Source: the human T2T-CHM13v2.0 reference genome, Homo sapiens
Assembly: GCF_009914755.1 (NCBI RefSeq)
Contig: NC_060945.1
Direction: 5' to 3' (one strand)
Length of the DNA stretch: 64,000 bases
Both the position numbers and the translations under genes were made by a program. The notes under the pieces were generated by a model. It was not told the origin of the DNA. It was given only the letters and a program-made list of their open reading frames with translations, and made no database searches. This document shows positions 16,635 to 31,935 of this stretch, in pieces (position 1 is the first letter of the stretch; each line of letters starts with the position of its first letter).

Positions 16635-17335
16635 TGTGGACAAAAAGAGTCAAACTTCGTAAAGTGTTTGAAGAGATTTATCCTGAGTCAAATATGAGTG
16701 GCCAATGGTGCGTGACAAAGCCCTCAGGAGATCCTGAGGACAGTGCCCAAGGTGATCAGGATTACAACTTAGTTTTATACATTTTAGGGAGACATGAGAC
16801 ATCAATCAAATACATGTAAGATGTACATCCAGGTCATAGGTAGATTCAAAGATTTTCTAATTGGCAATTGGTTTAAAGAGTTAAATAAACGCCTAAGGAC
16901 CTGGAAACAATAGTGGGGAATGTCTGGGTTAAGATAAGGGGTTGTGGCGACCAGGGTTCCGATTATGCAGAGGAAGTCTCCAGGTTGCAGGCACAGAGAG
17001 AATAGATCATAAATGTTCTTATCAGAGTTGATCCTCTCCTGGATCAGGAAAAAGTAAGGAAAAGGAAGAGGATTCTCTTCAGAAGGTAATTTACCCCATG
17101 AGTCAGCTTTGCAGGCCTATTTCAAGATATGGCAAATAAAACATATTGGGGGTTAAATATTTTGATTTCCTTCTTTACCTGTCATGTGATGCTATGCCAG
17201 AGTCAGGTTGGAAAGCAGCCCGCATTATATAGTGTTCAATGAAACCCCTCTGATGAGGGTTTGTAGGGTGGACTCCCCAGTCCCTTAGATAAGAATTTGG
17301 GCAAGAGAAGAAAAAGATCAGCCATTGGTCCTTAG
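16635..17335 (-). mobile_element. MER4-group ERV1 LTR (MER4D/E-like)
   Basis: AAAAAGAGTCAAACTT...GAAGAGATTTATCCTGAG...TTTTATACATTTTAGGGAGACATGAGACATCAATCAAATACATG. Confidence 0.75.
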
Positions 17336-18814
17336 TGACAACCAAAGCTAGTGGCCACAGGGAGGTTCTCGGGTGGGAGGAGACATTGATCTTTCCCAGT
17401 GCTCTGCCCCCCATCTGACTGTTTGCTCTATAAAGCAAAAGGGAGAGCAAAGAGGAAAGGGAGGTTTTAAGTGAGGCAGGTGACTGTGGGATTCAGGGTC
17501 TTCTTTACAGTTTTCTCCTATTCTGTACAGGGGAAGGTTACTGCTGATAAGACACAGCTGAGAGAGGGACGAGCTCCCGGGACCTAAAGTGACCAGAAAT
17601 ACAGCTCCTGAGTCTTGAGGCACAGCTGCGGCGTGGTTTACTTAGGGTTTGTTCTAGCAAGGACATTAACCGTCCTCCAGTGTTTATTCTGAAGAAATGT
17701 TTGGTTGGCCTTCCTCATCTCACTGCCTGACCTTGCAGTATAGAAAAATACTGATCATCTTGGCTCTTAAACAGGTGGAACTAAATGCCTAGCTCAACAC
17801 AGGTAACACAGTCAGGGAAAGTTGGTGTTTAGGGTTGGATGCCTCCTGTTTCATCTGAAAATCAAATCAAGGTCAAGAAGTTTCCATTTGGTGTAGCTCC
17901 CTCCTCCCTCCTTTTCATCTCCCAGCTGCAGAATAGGGTTATTTGGCCTGCACAGATTGTATGATTCCGTAGTGACACGTGTGGCCTCCGGGGTACATAA
18001 AGACTGGCCTTGGAGTGAAATAATCTCAGCACTTCGCACAAGGCACTGGAAGGAACTGGGGTTTCAGAGGGATGCTTGTTCTGTTGGCATTGTGTGGCCC
18101 GGACTTCTCACAGGGTGAGGCTGGGGCTCACCCACCCCATTATCCCCACACTCACCCTGCTGGGCTCTGTCCACTTGACTGCCATTGACCCGAGGTGGGA
18201 GTGCAGGAGGAGTGTGGTTATTACATCACGGACCCTCGGGGCGCAGACTCGGCTGTTTTCTCTTCTTCTTAACAAGCAATTCAGAGTTCATGGAAAGGGC
18301 ATTGCGGCTTCCCTGGGGGAACTGTTTTCAAATTCCATTTCTCACGCTTAAAACAAAAATCAAAGTTCAAAGAGATCTTGGATCAGAGAGATTTGCCTTG
18401 AGGTCAGGGAGAATACCTAATCTGAGTTGTGTTTTAGAGTCATACTTTCTTTCTGTTTTTTTTAATGATGTCCAGGGACAAAACAAAGAGTAGTAATCAT
18501 GTTTATCCAAATGCTGGCTTAGCCTTAGAGAACTCTCACCTTCTTCAGTTCTGCCTCTCCCGGGACCTAAAGCCAGTGGGCCCCTCCTCCACCCTGGCAT
18601 CCTCGCCTCCTGGTCCTGCTTATGGAGGGGACTGTTCCTGGTGGCGGCTTACTCCTTCCCTTTCACGTGTTGTTCTTGCAGGGGCAGTTTAGCCCCCACA
18701 ATGTGCCTGGGTACACAGGTGAAGTGCTAATGTGCTACTGTGTGTCCAACGGTGTGATTCCTCCCCAGAAACCTTTAGGGCTATAATGAGATTCTTTTAG
18801 AACCTGCCTTGCCA

Positions 18815-19101
18815 TTTTTTTAGACAGAGTCTTGCTCTGTTGCCCAGGCTCTAGTGCGGTGGCGTGATCTCGGCTCACTGTAACCTCTGCCTCCTGGGTT
18901 CAAGTGATTCTCTGCCTCAGCCTCTCGAGTAGCTGGGCTTACAGGGATCCACAACCACGCCTGGCTAATTTTTGTATTTTCAGTAGAGATGGGGTTTCAC
19001 CATGTTAGCCAGGCTGGTCTTGAACTCTTGACTTCAGGTGATCCGCCCTCTTCGGCCTCCCAAAGTGCTGGGATTACAGGTGTGAACCACTGCACCTGGC
19101 C
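18815..19101 (-). mobile_element. AluS
   Basis: Antisense Alu. TSD CCTTGCCATTT. Confidence 0.95.
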
Positions 19102-19419
19102 TACCTTGCCATTTGACTTTACAAGGCAGAAGGAAAGGGAGGAGCTGCAGTTTTTGGGGCTACCCAGTGTATATGTTGGCAGACCACCTGGTTCACCCAC
19201 AGGGATCCCACAACACCAGAAGGTAGTAGGACATGTTGCAGTGTCACTGATGGGGTGGGCACAAACTAGGAGAAGCCACGGTATGTGGTCTGCCAGGGTG
19301 TCTTCTTGCTATAAACTCTGAATGACATCAGAAGGGAAAAGAGTACGAAATTCAGAGTGAAAGGCCTGAGTTTGGGTCCCAGCCCCACTGCTGTGAATGC
19401 AAATCCTGGGATGTTGCCA

Positions 19420-19771
19420 GCTGGCAGAGTTGGTTTTTTATGGAGGCTCTGAGGGAAGGTCTTCCATGCCTCTTCCTTAGCTTCTGATGTTGCTCCAATC
19501 CTTGCCATTCCTTGGCTTGTAGATGCATCACTCCAGTCTCTGCATCCGTCCTCACATGATGTTCTTCTCTGCAGGCCTCTGTGTCTCAAATCTCACTCTG
19601 CATTTCTCTTATAGGGACACCTGTGAGTGGATTTAGGGCCCATTCTAAACCCAGGTTGATTTCATCTTGAGATCCTTACCTAATTACATCTGCAAAGACC
19701 CTATTTTCAAAGGTTCCATTCTGAGGATCCGGTGGACATGTGTTTTGAGGAATACTATTCAACCCAATACA
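19420..19771 (-). mobile_element. MLT1C-like MaLR LTR
   Basis: TGGAGGCTCTGAGGGAAGG...CCTTGGCTTGTAGATGCATCACTCCAGTCTCTGC...TTAC ATCTGCAAAGACCCT. Confidence 0.8.
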
Positions 19772-19977
19772 GCTGTAGAGTTAGGGGGTAGAGTGGAAAG
19801 GAGGGCATGGCAGTGGCTTCCACCGGAAGCACCTGATCTGCCAGGGAGAGCTGGTGTTCGGATTCAAAAGACACAGTCTGAGTCACTGGATGGACAACCT
19901 GGGGGTTACCACTGGTAAATACAGAAAGGTTACAGCACACAGTTGATTTATGGAGATCCATTCATTTAACAACTTGA

Positions 19978-20334
<357 letters not shown>

Positions 20335-21844
20335 TGAAGTCCATCAGGTTAAATGTCAGAGGGCAGGAAGGACCTTCTAAAGTTCATGCCGCGTATGATG
20401 GCAGACGTGGTCTACCTTCAGTTGGTGTTGACCTACAATTATTCTGAACTGATGAATGTTTTGCGATTTATTTGTCGCCTCCTTCCTCCCTCATGCTCTC
20501 CCTACCTCCTCACTTCTTCTTCCCTTCTCCCCCTCTCTTCCTTCCTGTGTGCTCTAGCCTTCAGTTGGCAATAGGCTTAGAATTATTCTGGATGGACTAA
20601 TGTTTATTGTTTCGTTGATTTATCCCCCTTCTTCCTCACTTCCTCCCATCTTTCCCTTTTTCCTGCTTCATTCTCTTTCTCCTTCCATCTTTGCTTTCCT
20701 TTTTTCTGGTTAAGACTGATAGAGACAGATTTTATCACTTCCCCTTTGAATCCATTTTAGTATTTAACAGCCTTTCTGGAAACGTATCCTGGAATTCTTC
20801 TAGGGCCAGTTGCAGTCATTTTTCTTTGATTTAGAGACAGTTGTCAATCACTGCCCTTTCTCTAGTTTTTCCATATACATGACTATATTTCTCTGCTTGC
20901 ATCATTTATCAACTCTGAAGCATGCTTTAACTCTTTCCTCTTTCCAGCAGAATCCCCCCAACTTATTTCTCTACCCTGCCTCCAACTACAGTGGGATAGT
21001 CATTATAGTCAAAGTTGTGTGTTCACCAAATATATCAAGTCATTGAGAGAAAAGAAAAGAATAAACAAAATTTATAATAATAGCTTATTTTTCATTTTAG
21101 AGGTAATTTGGAGGTGCTGAAGATAATGTTACACAGTAAAAAAGTAAAAGGATGCTTTACAAAGATTTGGAATAGTCTTACCAAAATTTAATCACTTTGC
21201 ATTCTTTAAAAGTGTATTTATACTCTATTTAAAGATATAGAGTGCCTGATTTCCATGGCAGCATTTCTTATAAGAGAATATATTATATCTTATAAATTAT
21301 TTCTTATCTCTATATATTTACTTGTCTGGAAGAAATTCCCAAAGATTTTGTTCATATTTATGTTGCTATTAAATCAGATTTGATAGCCTTTGGTGGAGAC
21401 ATGTCTACCTATTTCTATTTGTGTTTTAAAAAATGTTTTTTATTTTAGAAATTTAGCTAAATTGGTGTGTCTTACTTTTGTGTGTTTTTAATTTTGTGTA
21501 GTTTAATTAGGGGCACAATTCTATTTTCTAAATAAGTGATTTTATAAGGCTATTTAGGACTGTTGGCCTATGTTGCATAACCAGATTCTTATTATGATAA
21601 TTTGTGATATAAGAGAAAGAACAGAGGAAAAAAGAATCAAAGATATAAATTCTGGTTTTGGCTTCATCAGTTATCTATCAGAGAGACCCCTGAGATGGCT
21701 CAATTTCTTCATCTTTAACCTGGAGATGAATCTTCCCGGCCCACCTCATGGGTTTGTTGTGTGGATCAGGTGAAAAAATGGCTAAAGATGGTTTGATGAC
21801 TCCAAAGTCCTGTCTGATTCAATTCCCTGCACATTAAGTTGGGA

Positions 21845-22070
21845 GCCAGAGTGGTCTAGTGGTCAGGAGTGCAGACTTGGGGCTTGGCTGCCTGGGTCCA
21901 TGTTACTGCTTTATGACAATGTGTGACCTGGGACACAATTACTTAATGACTTTGAGTCCTAGTGTCCTCATCATAGGGCTGCCGTGGTGTCAAATGAGTA
22001 GGTCTATGTAAAGCCTTTACCACACCTGGCTCATAGCAATCACTGTATGGCCATTTGCTATTATTTATTG
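21845..22070 (+). mobile_element. MIR
   Basis: GTGGTCAGGAGTGCAGACTTGG...TGTGTGACCTGGGAC...ACTTAA...CCTCATC. Confidence 0.65.
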
Positions 22071-23319
22071 TGCTCCCAATAAAAGCATGCCATTGTGTTG
22101 GTTATTTAAGAGTGACTCAAAGAGGAATAGAATAAGACACAGTTTCTTTCTTTAGAACCTCACAAGAAGAGTGGATAATGCAAGTTGCACAAATAATAGG
22201 GATGCCAGCCACCCAGATGCTGGCAAGTGAGATGGAAGGGAGGCAAGCTCAGGTTCCAGTCGGGAGGGGAGCTGACAGAGTCAATAAAGCCTTCATGGAT
22301 GATTTCATGGAGAAGGTGCCATTGGAGATGTGCCTTCCAGGTCTGTAGATGGTAGACAGAATGGGAAAGCAAGAGAGGAGGAGGGCATCCCTGGAGCAGG
22401 GAAACACAGGATCACAGGCATGGCTTATTACTGCTGTACTTATGACACATCACATTCAGAAACCATGTGGTTTTGTAGCATCTTTTCCCAAAGTCACAAG
22501 TCTACAAATTTGTCTGAATCCCGCTGACTTTTTATATATTGGTAATTATGGTAGTTTTTGGTTTTAATACAGATGAAAGAGCAAGCATCTAGAGAAGGCA
22601 AAGACTTCTCCAAGATATTGCGAGAGGAACCCATAGAGCTTGGCCTGAACTTCATCCCTTTATCCTCATCTCATTGCTCTGAATGGCACTTAGTTCCTAG
22701 AGGAGCAAATGTTCTCTGAGCAACAGGGTCTCCCTCAAGGGAGAAAGAATCTTGAAAAAAGAGGAAACAACCATGAATTATTCTATGATTTTTTCACCTC
22801 CTTATATGTCAACAAAATAGAGATGACATAACTCCAAATTGAGTCATCTGAAATCCATGTGAATATTCTAGTATCACTTTTGTATAAAGGGTTTGTCATG
22901 CTACTGGCTAACCTTTGTGAAAGCCAGTGGGGGAAAGTGGAATCCCAAGTGTATACAGAAAAAGGAAATCCTTCAGATCGCTGAGTTGGTCCACTTGCTG
23001 CCTTATCCACCAATCAATCACACACCAAACTCTAGACCTCTTATGTTTTGAGGGCTGCAAGGACTTGAGTTCAAGAGCTTCTGTTATTAACTGAGACAAT
23101 ATCATTCCTCCCAGTTCTGTCATCTTAAACCGTCTCTCTGTCAAACAAAACAAACACAAAACCCTTTAGACTCAAGGGACAAACCCTTTCTCCACTCCTT
23201 GTTGCATTTACAGTAGCCCTTGAATTAGCAAAAGTGCCTTTCTTATTCCAAGGGAATATTCAGGAAGGAATAATTGGGAAGCTAACATTTCAGAGCAAAA
23301 AGATCTTTCAGAGCCGACC

Positions 23320-24410
<1,091 letters not shown>

Positions 24411-25323
24411 TCTGGTCAAACTATCTCATTCAGTAAGTACAACAAAGAGAGCCAAAAAAATTCAGTGACTTGCCCAAAGTGATGACAATTTTCTGGCAGA
24501 ACCAAGATTGGGAACAAATTTTTTCATTCTTAGTTCAGTATTCTTTCCATTATGTTGTGTAGTCCAGAGTTTCAGCATGTTTTTCTTGGACATATATGTA
24601 TACACATTTCACTAAGGCTGTGTCTTTACTGGGGCCAATCCTCAGGTTGTTTTAGTCACACTTGTGAAAACAAGTACTATTTTCATATGGGTTGTTTGCA
24701 GTATGAATGCTGACCTATGCGAGAGTGTTCTTAATAAAAAAATAACTTATCTAAGTTATTCTGGCACATGATTTGGGTTAGTTATTTCTGTAAATATTAG
24801 ATTGGAATTCGATTTAATTTGTAATGAGAAACCTATGTTAAGGCAATACCCTAGGAAGTTATGTTTAAGACCATATGACCCTAGAAATAAATAAAAATGT
24901 ATCTGATTGACCAAAACTCCAGGGGAGACTTGCGTCTGACCCTGGGCTGTGTCCTCGTCACAGTGAGAAGAAGGTGAAGCTCGTTTCTCTTTTTCCCTTT
25001 GCTCCCTCGACAGCCCAAGATAATTCTGTAGCTCACTTCAGGGATTGTATAACCCCCCTATGGCATGCACTTTTCTTTCCCACATAATTATTTCCCCCTG
25101 GTTTCTGACTTTTATGAAGCATTTTCTATGTAACTTTGCTTTCTTGTGAGCAACCTCACCTTCTTCAGAGACTCTGGCAGGTGTACAAAAAAGACCCAGA
25201 TAAAATCTGAGTTAAGATTTCCTAGTAGAGACACAGCCTCTTTGGGCTTGGGAAAATAGGTCTCACAAAATGTAATTTGAAGCAAAACTTAAAAAAAAAA
25301 AGAAAAAAAAAAAGAAAACTTAG

Positions 25324-25680
<357 letters not shown>

Positions 25681-26849
25681 TGAAGACATTCTGCTTTATA
25701 TGAAATGAATGATTATTTCATGCTTCAATATTACGTAGAATGCTCCTTCATCCACGATGCCTGGAAAAATCATATGGCGACCTTGATTTTGGGTGGGGAT
25801 GATAAGGCCAATCACATCTGCTGTCAGCTTAATAATCTTATACCCTCGTCTGCTTTTTAAATTCCATCTTAAAGTTTTTTTTCTCCTATTACATTTGAAA
25901 ACCATTTAGAATCTTGCCAATTATTTATCATCAAAGAGCATCAAGTTTGGAGACAAATGCTTGAATTAAACATTTGTGTTTCTAGCTTTTACCTACCACT
26001 GTTTCAGTTTGATCCCACCCCCTGAGCCAGTATGAAGCAGGTCTTCATACTGGAGGAGGGTGTTCAGGTCTCCCTGGATTTCTTCCAATCTTAGTGGAAT
26101 TATAATGCTTCATTTTCTTCCCCACCAAATCTACAATGTGTTTGAAAGTGTCAAGTCTATATGTATATAGTTTAACTTGACTAAATGACAGAACTTTAAA
26201 GTTTAGATCCCCCTAAAGAATCTCCTGTGGGGTTTTTGGTGTACCAGACACTCTAACCACATTCCTTGAAGGGGCCCATAGCGCCTGTGAGCTTTGAGTC
26301 AGCCTGGACAGGGTGGGCCCGGGATGCTGGAGATTGACTTTAACTTAACATTTTACAAAAAAGGAAGTGAGGCCCGGAGAAAGTCTGTGCTTTCATCCGG
26401 GTCACACAGCCAAAGTGGCAGAGCTGGGCCTAGAAGCTGAGAAGAGCTTTTCTTTTCGTGTCTAAAGCTTTTCCCACCATGAAAACACCTTTACCTGAGA
26501 TCTTCCAAAGTTCAGAACAAAGCCATAGCCAAAGCCAAATAATGATGGTAACGATAATAAACAGCACCCTATAGCTCTTACCAAGTTATCAGGCACTATT
26601 CTGAGCACTTCTCAGGTATTCACAGAATTAACCGGCCCTACAGCCGTATGAGTGTTGCTGTTATTCCTATTGTAAAGGCAAGGTGACCGGGACAGTGCTG
26701 TTGGGATTGTGCACACGTCTGTAGAGTGAGTAAATGACAGGGCAACCTGTACTCACCTGTAGAGTGAGTAAATGACAGGCAGTCTGTCTCCAGAAACTGC
26801 TCACCTGGCAACTCTGCCCACCGTGTGAGCAGCCACTTGGAGGGTATAA

Positions 26850-27090
26850 GAGGTCCCATGGCTGCCGTAACGGAGGACCACAGGCTTGGTGGCTTAAACA
26901 ACAGAAATGGATTTTCTCACAGTCCTGGAGGTTGGAAGTGTCATCAGGGCTGGTTCCTCCTGAGGGCTGGGAGGGAGCCTCTGTTCCTTACCTCTCCCCT
27001 TGTTCCTTGTGGTTGCTGGCCATCTTCCTTAGCTTGTAGAAACATCACCCTCCTCTCTGCCTTCATCTTTACTTGGTGTTGTCCCATTTT
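26850..27090 (-). mobile_element. MLT1 MaLR LTR fragment
   Basis: GGCTGCCGTAAC...GGTGGCTTAAACAACAGAAATGGATTTTCTCACAGTCCTGGAGG. Confidence 0.75.
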
Positions 27091-27150
27091 TTATGGTCTT
27101 TTCTGAGATAAACACTTTTGAACGGTACAGGTTATTTTTGCAAGATGCCT

Positions 27151-27190
27151 CTCAATTTGGGTCAGTTTGGATCAATTTGGATCAATTTGG
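27151..27190 (+). repeat. 10-bp tandem repeat (ATCAATTTGG) x4, imperfect
   Basis: ctcaatttgg gtcagtttgg atcaatttgg atcaatttgg. Confidence 0.85.
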
Positions 27191-27429
27191 ATTTGTCTAA
27201 AATTTTTCATCATACTTTGACTTAGGTTACATATTTTTGGCAAGATATAGGTAATGTAATGTGGTCACAGGATGACAATTTTCATTGGCGTAAGTTTGAC
27301 CGTTTGGTGAAGGTGGCATACCCTGAATTTATCCAACATAAAAGTACCTTTTTTGACTTTATAATTAATATGTAGCCAATAGATATTGTGGGAATATCCT
27401 GTTTACCCACAACCTTTCACCTAATACAA

Positions 27430-27780
27430 TTTTTTAAAAAAACTTTTATTTTAGGTTCAGGGTTACACATACTGGTTTGTTGTATAGGCAAACTCATGTC
27501 ACAGGGGATTGTTGTACAAATTATTTTATGACCTATGTACTAAGCCTAGTACCCATTAGTTATTTTTCCTGCTTCTCTCCCTCCTCCCACCCTCCACCCT
27601 CAGATAGACCCCAGTGTGTGTTGTTCCCCTCTATGTATCCTTGTGTTCTCATCATTCAGCTCCCACTTATAAGTGAGAACATGCGGTATTTGGTTTTCTG
27701 TTCCTACATTAGTTTGCTAAGGATAATGACCTCCAGCTCCATCCACGTCCTTGCAAAGGAGATGATTTTGTTCTTTTTTT
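27430..27780 (-). mobile_element. Old L1PA 3' end nested in an older L1M remnant (~27090-28190)
   Basis: TTTTATTTTAGGTTCAGGG...CAGCTCCCACTTATAAGTGAGAACATGCGGTATTTGG. Confidence 0.85.
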
Positions 27781-29329
27781 ACCTACTAACTTTTACATTC
27801 ATTGATAAATCATTGCCTGAATCAATTACTTCTATGGTGATTGTAAAGAGTGATTTCCTGCTTCCATTATTCTTTCCATATCTCTTAATTGGCTTTCTTT
27901 TGTTAAACAAAAGACTTCCCTCCCCTTTCTTCCTTTTCTTTTTTTTTCCTTTTTTTTTTCCTCACAGTTTTAGTAGGGACTCAATTTTGTCCAATACATT
28001 CTAATCTATTCCTGTCATTTTTCGTTTTGACACCCAGATTGCTCCAGACTTGGTCAGTTGGTGTCCCTCCAAGCTGGTGCTGGTGTCCTTCCGACATCCC
28101 CCTATTAGTTTTTGAGCACCTGGACCAGTAAGGTGTTCCAGTCTCACTTTGCACTTCCCTGTCTCCACCTGGAATCAGTCATTTCTCCAGGGAACCAACC
28201 TTAAATATCATAAGTTAGTCTACTTAAATATGATAAAGTATGGTCCAAACTTTGAAAGAGAAGATTTTAAAAAAATCCATTAGCACCAAATGGAATAAAA
28301 TGGACTGGTTAAAGCATATATCTTAACGAGGTAACGATGCAGCAGGAGCTCTGGCCTGATTGATGGTACCTTAGAGAGATAGATTTTAGAGACTGGCTTG
28401 CTTGCAAATGTTTTCTTTTGTAGTGGAAGGGAAAGAGAGCACTTAATTTCCCTTGGTCAGGTTAAATTCACTGAATTCTTCTTAGTCCAGAACTAGTGCC
28501 TTAACGATGGTAGCTGGAGGCATGGCTGCTGGAGAGGGAGGCTCAGTGGGTGCTTGCAATGAGTCTAGCTTTATTGGATTCATTTGGAAAAGGGTAATTT
28601 GTTTCTAAATTATTCATCAAGATCCAGTGCAGCTGGTGGCTGGCTGCATGTTGTGTGTTTTAGGTAAGTTTTATTAGCTGAAGACCTCATTGCAGCCTTG
28701 GTTGGCGGAGCTGGTGACCAGACGAGGCTGTAAGGAGAACAGCCAGGTTTCCAGAGAGCCAAGTGTTAATGGGGCTGTGCCCATTCAGGCTTCTTCAGGA
28801 ATCATATAAACATCCATTTTTCCACCCATTTCCTAAAAGTGCAAAGCATTTGTTTTCATTTCTGAAATGATCCCTGCAAGTCGTTGAAACAGGAATGACG
28901 TCAGCTTTGGAAGCTTATCCAGTCAGGGCAAGTCACAGGGTTGTATGAAGTACTTCCTGGTTTATAGTTCAAAAGGTTTCTTTAGAGAAAAACATACTGG
29001 GAGGGCTGACATTCATTTCAGATCTGTTTTTTAGAAATTGATTTTCTTAACTACAGAAATGATACAAATCTCGAGCATTGCAGACGTATCCAAAACTGGA
29101 GAGTGAGGCCGTCTCACCCTGTCTTGGGAGAAGCACTGTCAGAGCCATCTGCCCCTCGGGGTGGTTTTCTTTGTGCACTTATTTGTGTGTAGGTTGTGAA
29201 ATGGTTAAAATGAAGTAATGTTTTTAGGACACATGAGCACCTTGTGGAATGTAGTGATTCCTGGTTATAACCTTACTGTTTTGAGAAATGGCAATTTTGG
29301 GTGCAGAGAAGAGTAGTAGAAGTGACAGT

Positions 29330-29780
29330 CCTAGGCCTTTGCCCTGGCACTGATGGTGCAACTTTGGGCAAGTCAGCAACCTTCAGGGCTCAGTTTTCTC
29401 ACCTGTAAAGTGGGTAGGAGAAGAATAGAGAAGTCCTCTCTCCCGGCTGTGGATCAGAGACAGCTGAGGAGCCTTCTTTATAAATATGCTGAGGCTCAGC
29501 CTCCTCCTGGGGGTTTTGTTTCATTGGTTTTTGTGGAGCCTGGGAATTGCAATTGTAAAAAAAGTTCCCAAGTTACTCTAATGGGCAGCCAGGATTGGGG
29601 GCTACTGAACTGAAAAAAAAAATCTCTAAGGCCTAGCCTTCCCCTCCAGCCCGATCAAGTGCTATGTCTACACAGACTTGGACATTAGACAGCCTGGGTT
29701 CCAATCCCAGCTCACACAATCACTAGCCGTGTGTCTTCTGGGCAAATTACTTACCCTCTCTGAGCCTCAGTTTTAGAATG
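29330..29780. mobile_element. MIR / MER5 / MIR fragments
   Basis: GGGCAAGTCA...CTCAGTTTTCTCACCTGTAAAGTGGG and CTGGGTTCCAATCCCAGCTC...TTACTTACCCTCTCTGAGCCTCAG. Confidence 0.6.
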
Positions 29781-31784
29781 GTCCTTGCTCCAGAGCACAT
29801 AGGACTGGAAAGGGAGTGATTGTCATTCACACTATTGATTCGGAGATCTCTTGTGTCGCCTCTAGTGGGCACAGGGATATGCTTTGCACATGATAGTGGT
29901 GACATTTGGTATTAATATGTACTTGGCACGTGTTGGTGGTGACATTTTGTATTAATACATTTGGTTTCAAGAAATTCTATACCTTTTTAAAACTCTATGC
30001 ATTCCTTTGAGAGCATCTGGGAAATGCTATTTTCCTTTTCTTCACAGATGGGAAAAGGACAATCTCCAAGTGGAGGTTAAAGCACATGGTAAAGTCAGTA
30101 ATGAGGCCCTAACAAGCACACAGTGGTGTGAAGGAGTGCAGGGAGAAAGGCAAGCAGTGTTGACCTTGGAGCTAATCTTCCTTAGTCACTATGTGTGGGT
30201 TACTCAGGTATAGTATACTCATCCTCTCCAGCAAACCTGCCATTCACCTGAGCCAGACACACCCACACCCTCCATAGGGTACAAGGCACAGACCAGCACC
30301 CCACTGTAGACTTTATGCAAATACATTTATGTCATACCTGGGCCATATTTTCCTCAGAAGGATTATTCTACATTGGAGACAACACATGGCAGGATGGAAA
30401 GATATGAGCCAGTGGCCCTGTGGCTTCCTGTTCTGGGCTCCCTGTGCCATTTACTTAGTCACTCTGTCCTGAGCGTCTTGTCTGCATGATGAAAAGATTG
30501 GATTATGGATGACATCATTCCAAGAGTCTGTGTTTTCTGTCCACTGTCAGATTTTTGGTTTGTCAATAATATATGGCTATGATCTATTTTTCAGTATACA
30601 GTAAATGCACTCTTTTTAAAAAAATTAGCCCCATACTAAACAAAAATATACATGCATGTGTGTATACCTATGTGTATAGATATATATAAAATATATATTA
30701 TATATGATAAATTTTAAATGGTTATGAAAATAAGAAAGGTCTATCTTTGTAGCCCCAGCACTAAATCATGCCTCTTGCTGACTTGTACACTACACTTTGA
30801 GCTCCAGTGGATTAAAGGGAGACTTCAGCTTAAGTCTCACCCAGGCATAAAACTTGGAACATTTGCCTTCCAATGGAGCATGGTCACAACAAATAGGAAG
30901 TGAAAGAATAAGTGATGTGGTTCCTAATACCAGTTCCATTTTGGTCAGAGTTTGGGTCTTTTAACTGAATGCAGGCATCACTTTCTGAACTTTGTGGTTA
31001 AATTAAGGGACAAAAGAGTGTTTAAAGTCCCTCTGGCCCTCAGTCTCTCCCTTGACTCAGTCACCATTCCCAGCAAAGTGTCCCTTCCCTTCTGTTAAAC
31101 ATGCATTCCCTAAAAATAAGGCAGGCCCTCTCTGTCCTAGATTAAGGCAGGCTCTCTCTGGGCTAGATTAGAGGAAATGTTATGTCCAGATTCAGGAAGT
31201 TTGGCACACTCGTATTTCTGTCTAGTAGGGGAAGGAAAGTACTGATAGAGAGTGTGTGAGTAAGTTAACAAGCATCCTGTCTTATGCCAGTGAGAATTTC
31301 AAGCCTGTCTCTTAAATCTTGAGCCAGACCTCATTGGTTAACCCCAGCCAGCTCCCTTATTAAGAAAACTTGTTATATATGCAAACTTCAGTTAGTAAGA
31401 GTCCGTTAAACTGGAAATAGGATGACCACTGCCATCTTGAGCCTGTGCACTGTAGCTTACAGCATTCTCAGAACTTTCACACACACCCCTGAACAGCCTG
31501 GTGGGACAGGAGTTGTTATTGGTAAGTGAGCCAGAAGCCAAAGTTAATGCAGCAAGAAATGCTGGTCATGAGATTTCACTGGTTCCATCCACAGGAAACC
31601 TAAAGTTCTCGCTCAGTCACAAAGCTCCCACACAGTGGTCCAACCTTCAACTCAAGACTGTGAAGATCATGGATCCAACTCTGGACTTCACCATTTTATT
31701 ATCACATCTGTGGGAGGGGGAGTGTGAGAGCATCCTGTCATGTCGTGGGTAGCTTGGGCAGTGTTTACATTGTGGCTGCGTACA

Positions 31785-31935
31785 AGGGATTCCCAAAATG
31801 TGGGTCACCAACTATCTGCATCAGAATCACTTGGGGTATCATTCGGGATATCCTGACTCTGTGATCCTGGAGGTGGGCTTTGAATCTGCATGTGCAATGA
31901 TATTCCAGGTGACGCTTGGGATTCTGCTGTCTGTG
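31785..31935. mobile_element. MER5A-like hAT element
   Basis: CTGCATCAGAATCACTTGGGG...GAATCTGCAT...CCAGGTGA. Confidence 0.55.

Noticed and set aside
26027-26053. 11-bp inverted repeat CCAGTATGAAG/CTTCATACTGG (and a 9-bp one at 50445-50465)
   Set aside because: Too short for a pre-miRNA. Bacterial terminator logic does not apply, and a few such repeats are expected in 64 kb.
29853-29872. CTCF-like motif CCACTAGAGGCG
   Set aside because: One base short of the CCACYAGRKGGC spacing; not supportable.
29896-31168. Two-copy short repeats at 29896-29957 and 31117-31168 as CRISPR-like or functional arrays
   Set aside because: Only two copies each in a eukaryotic intron; ordinary local duplications.
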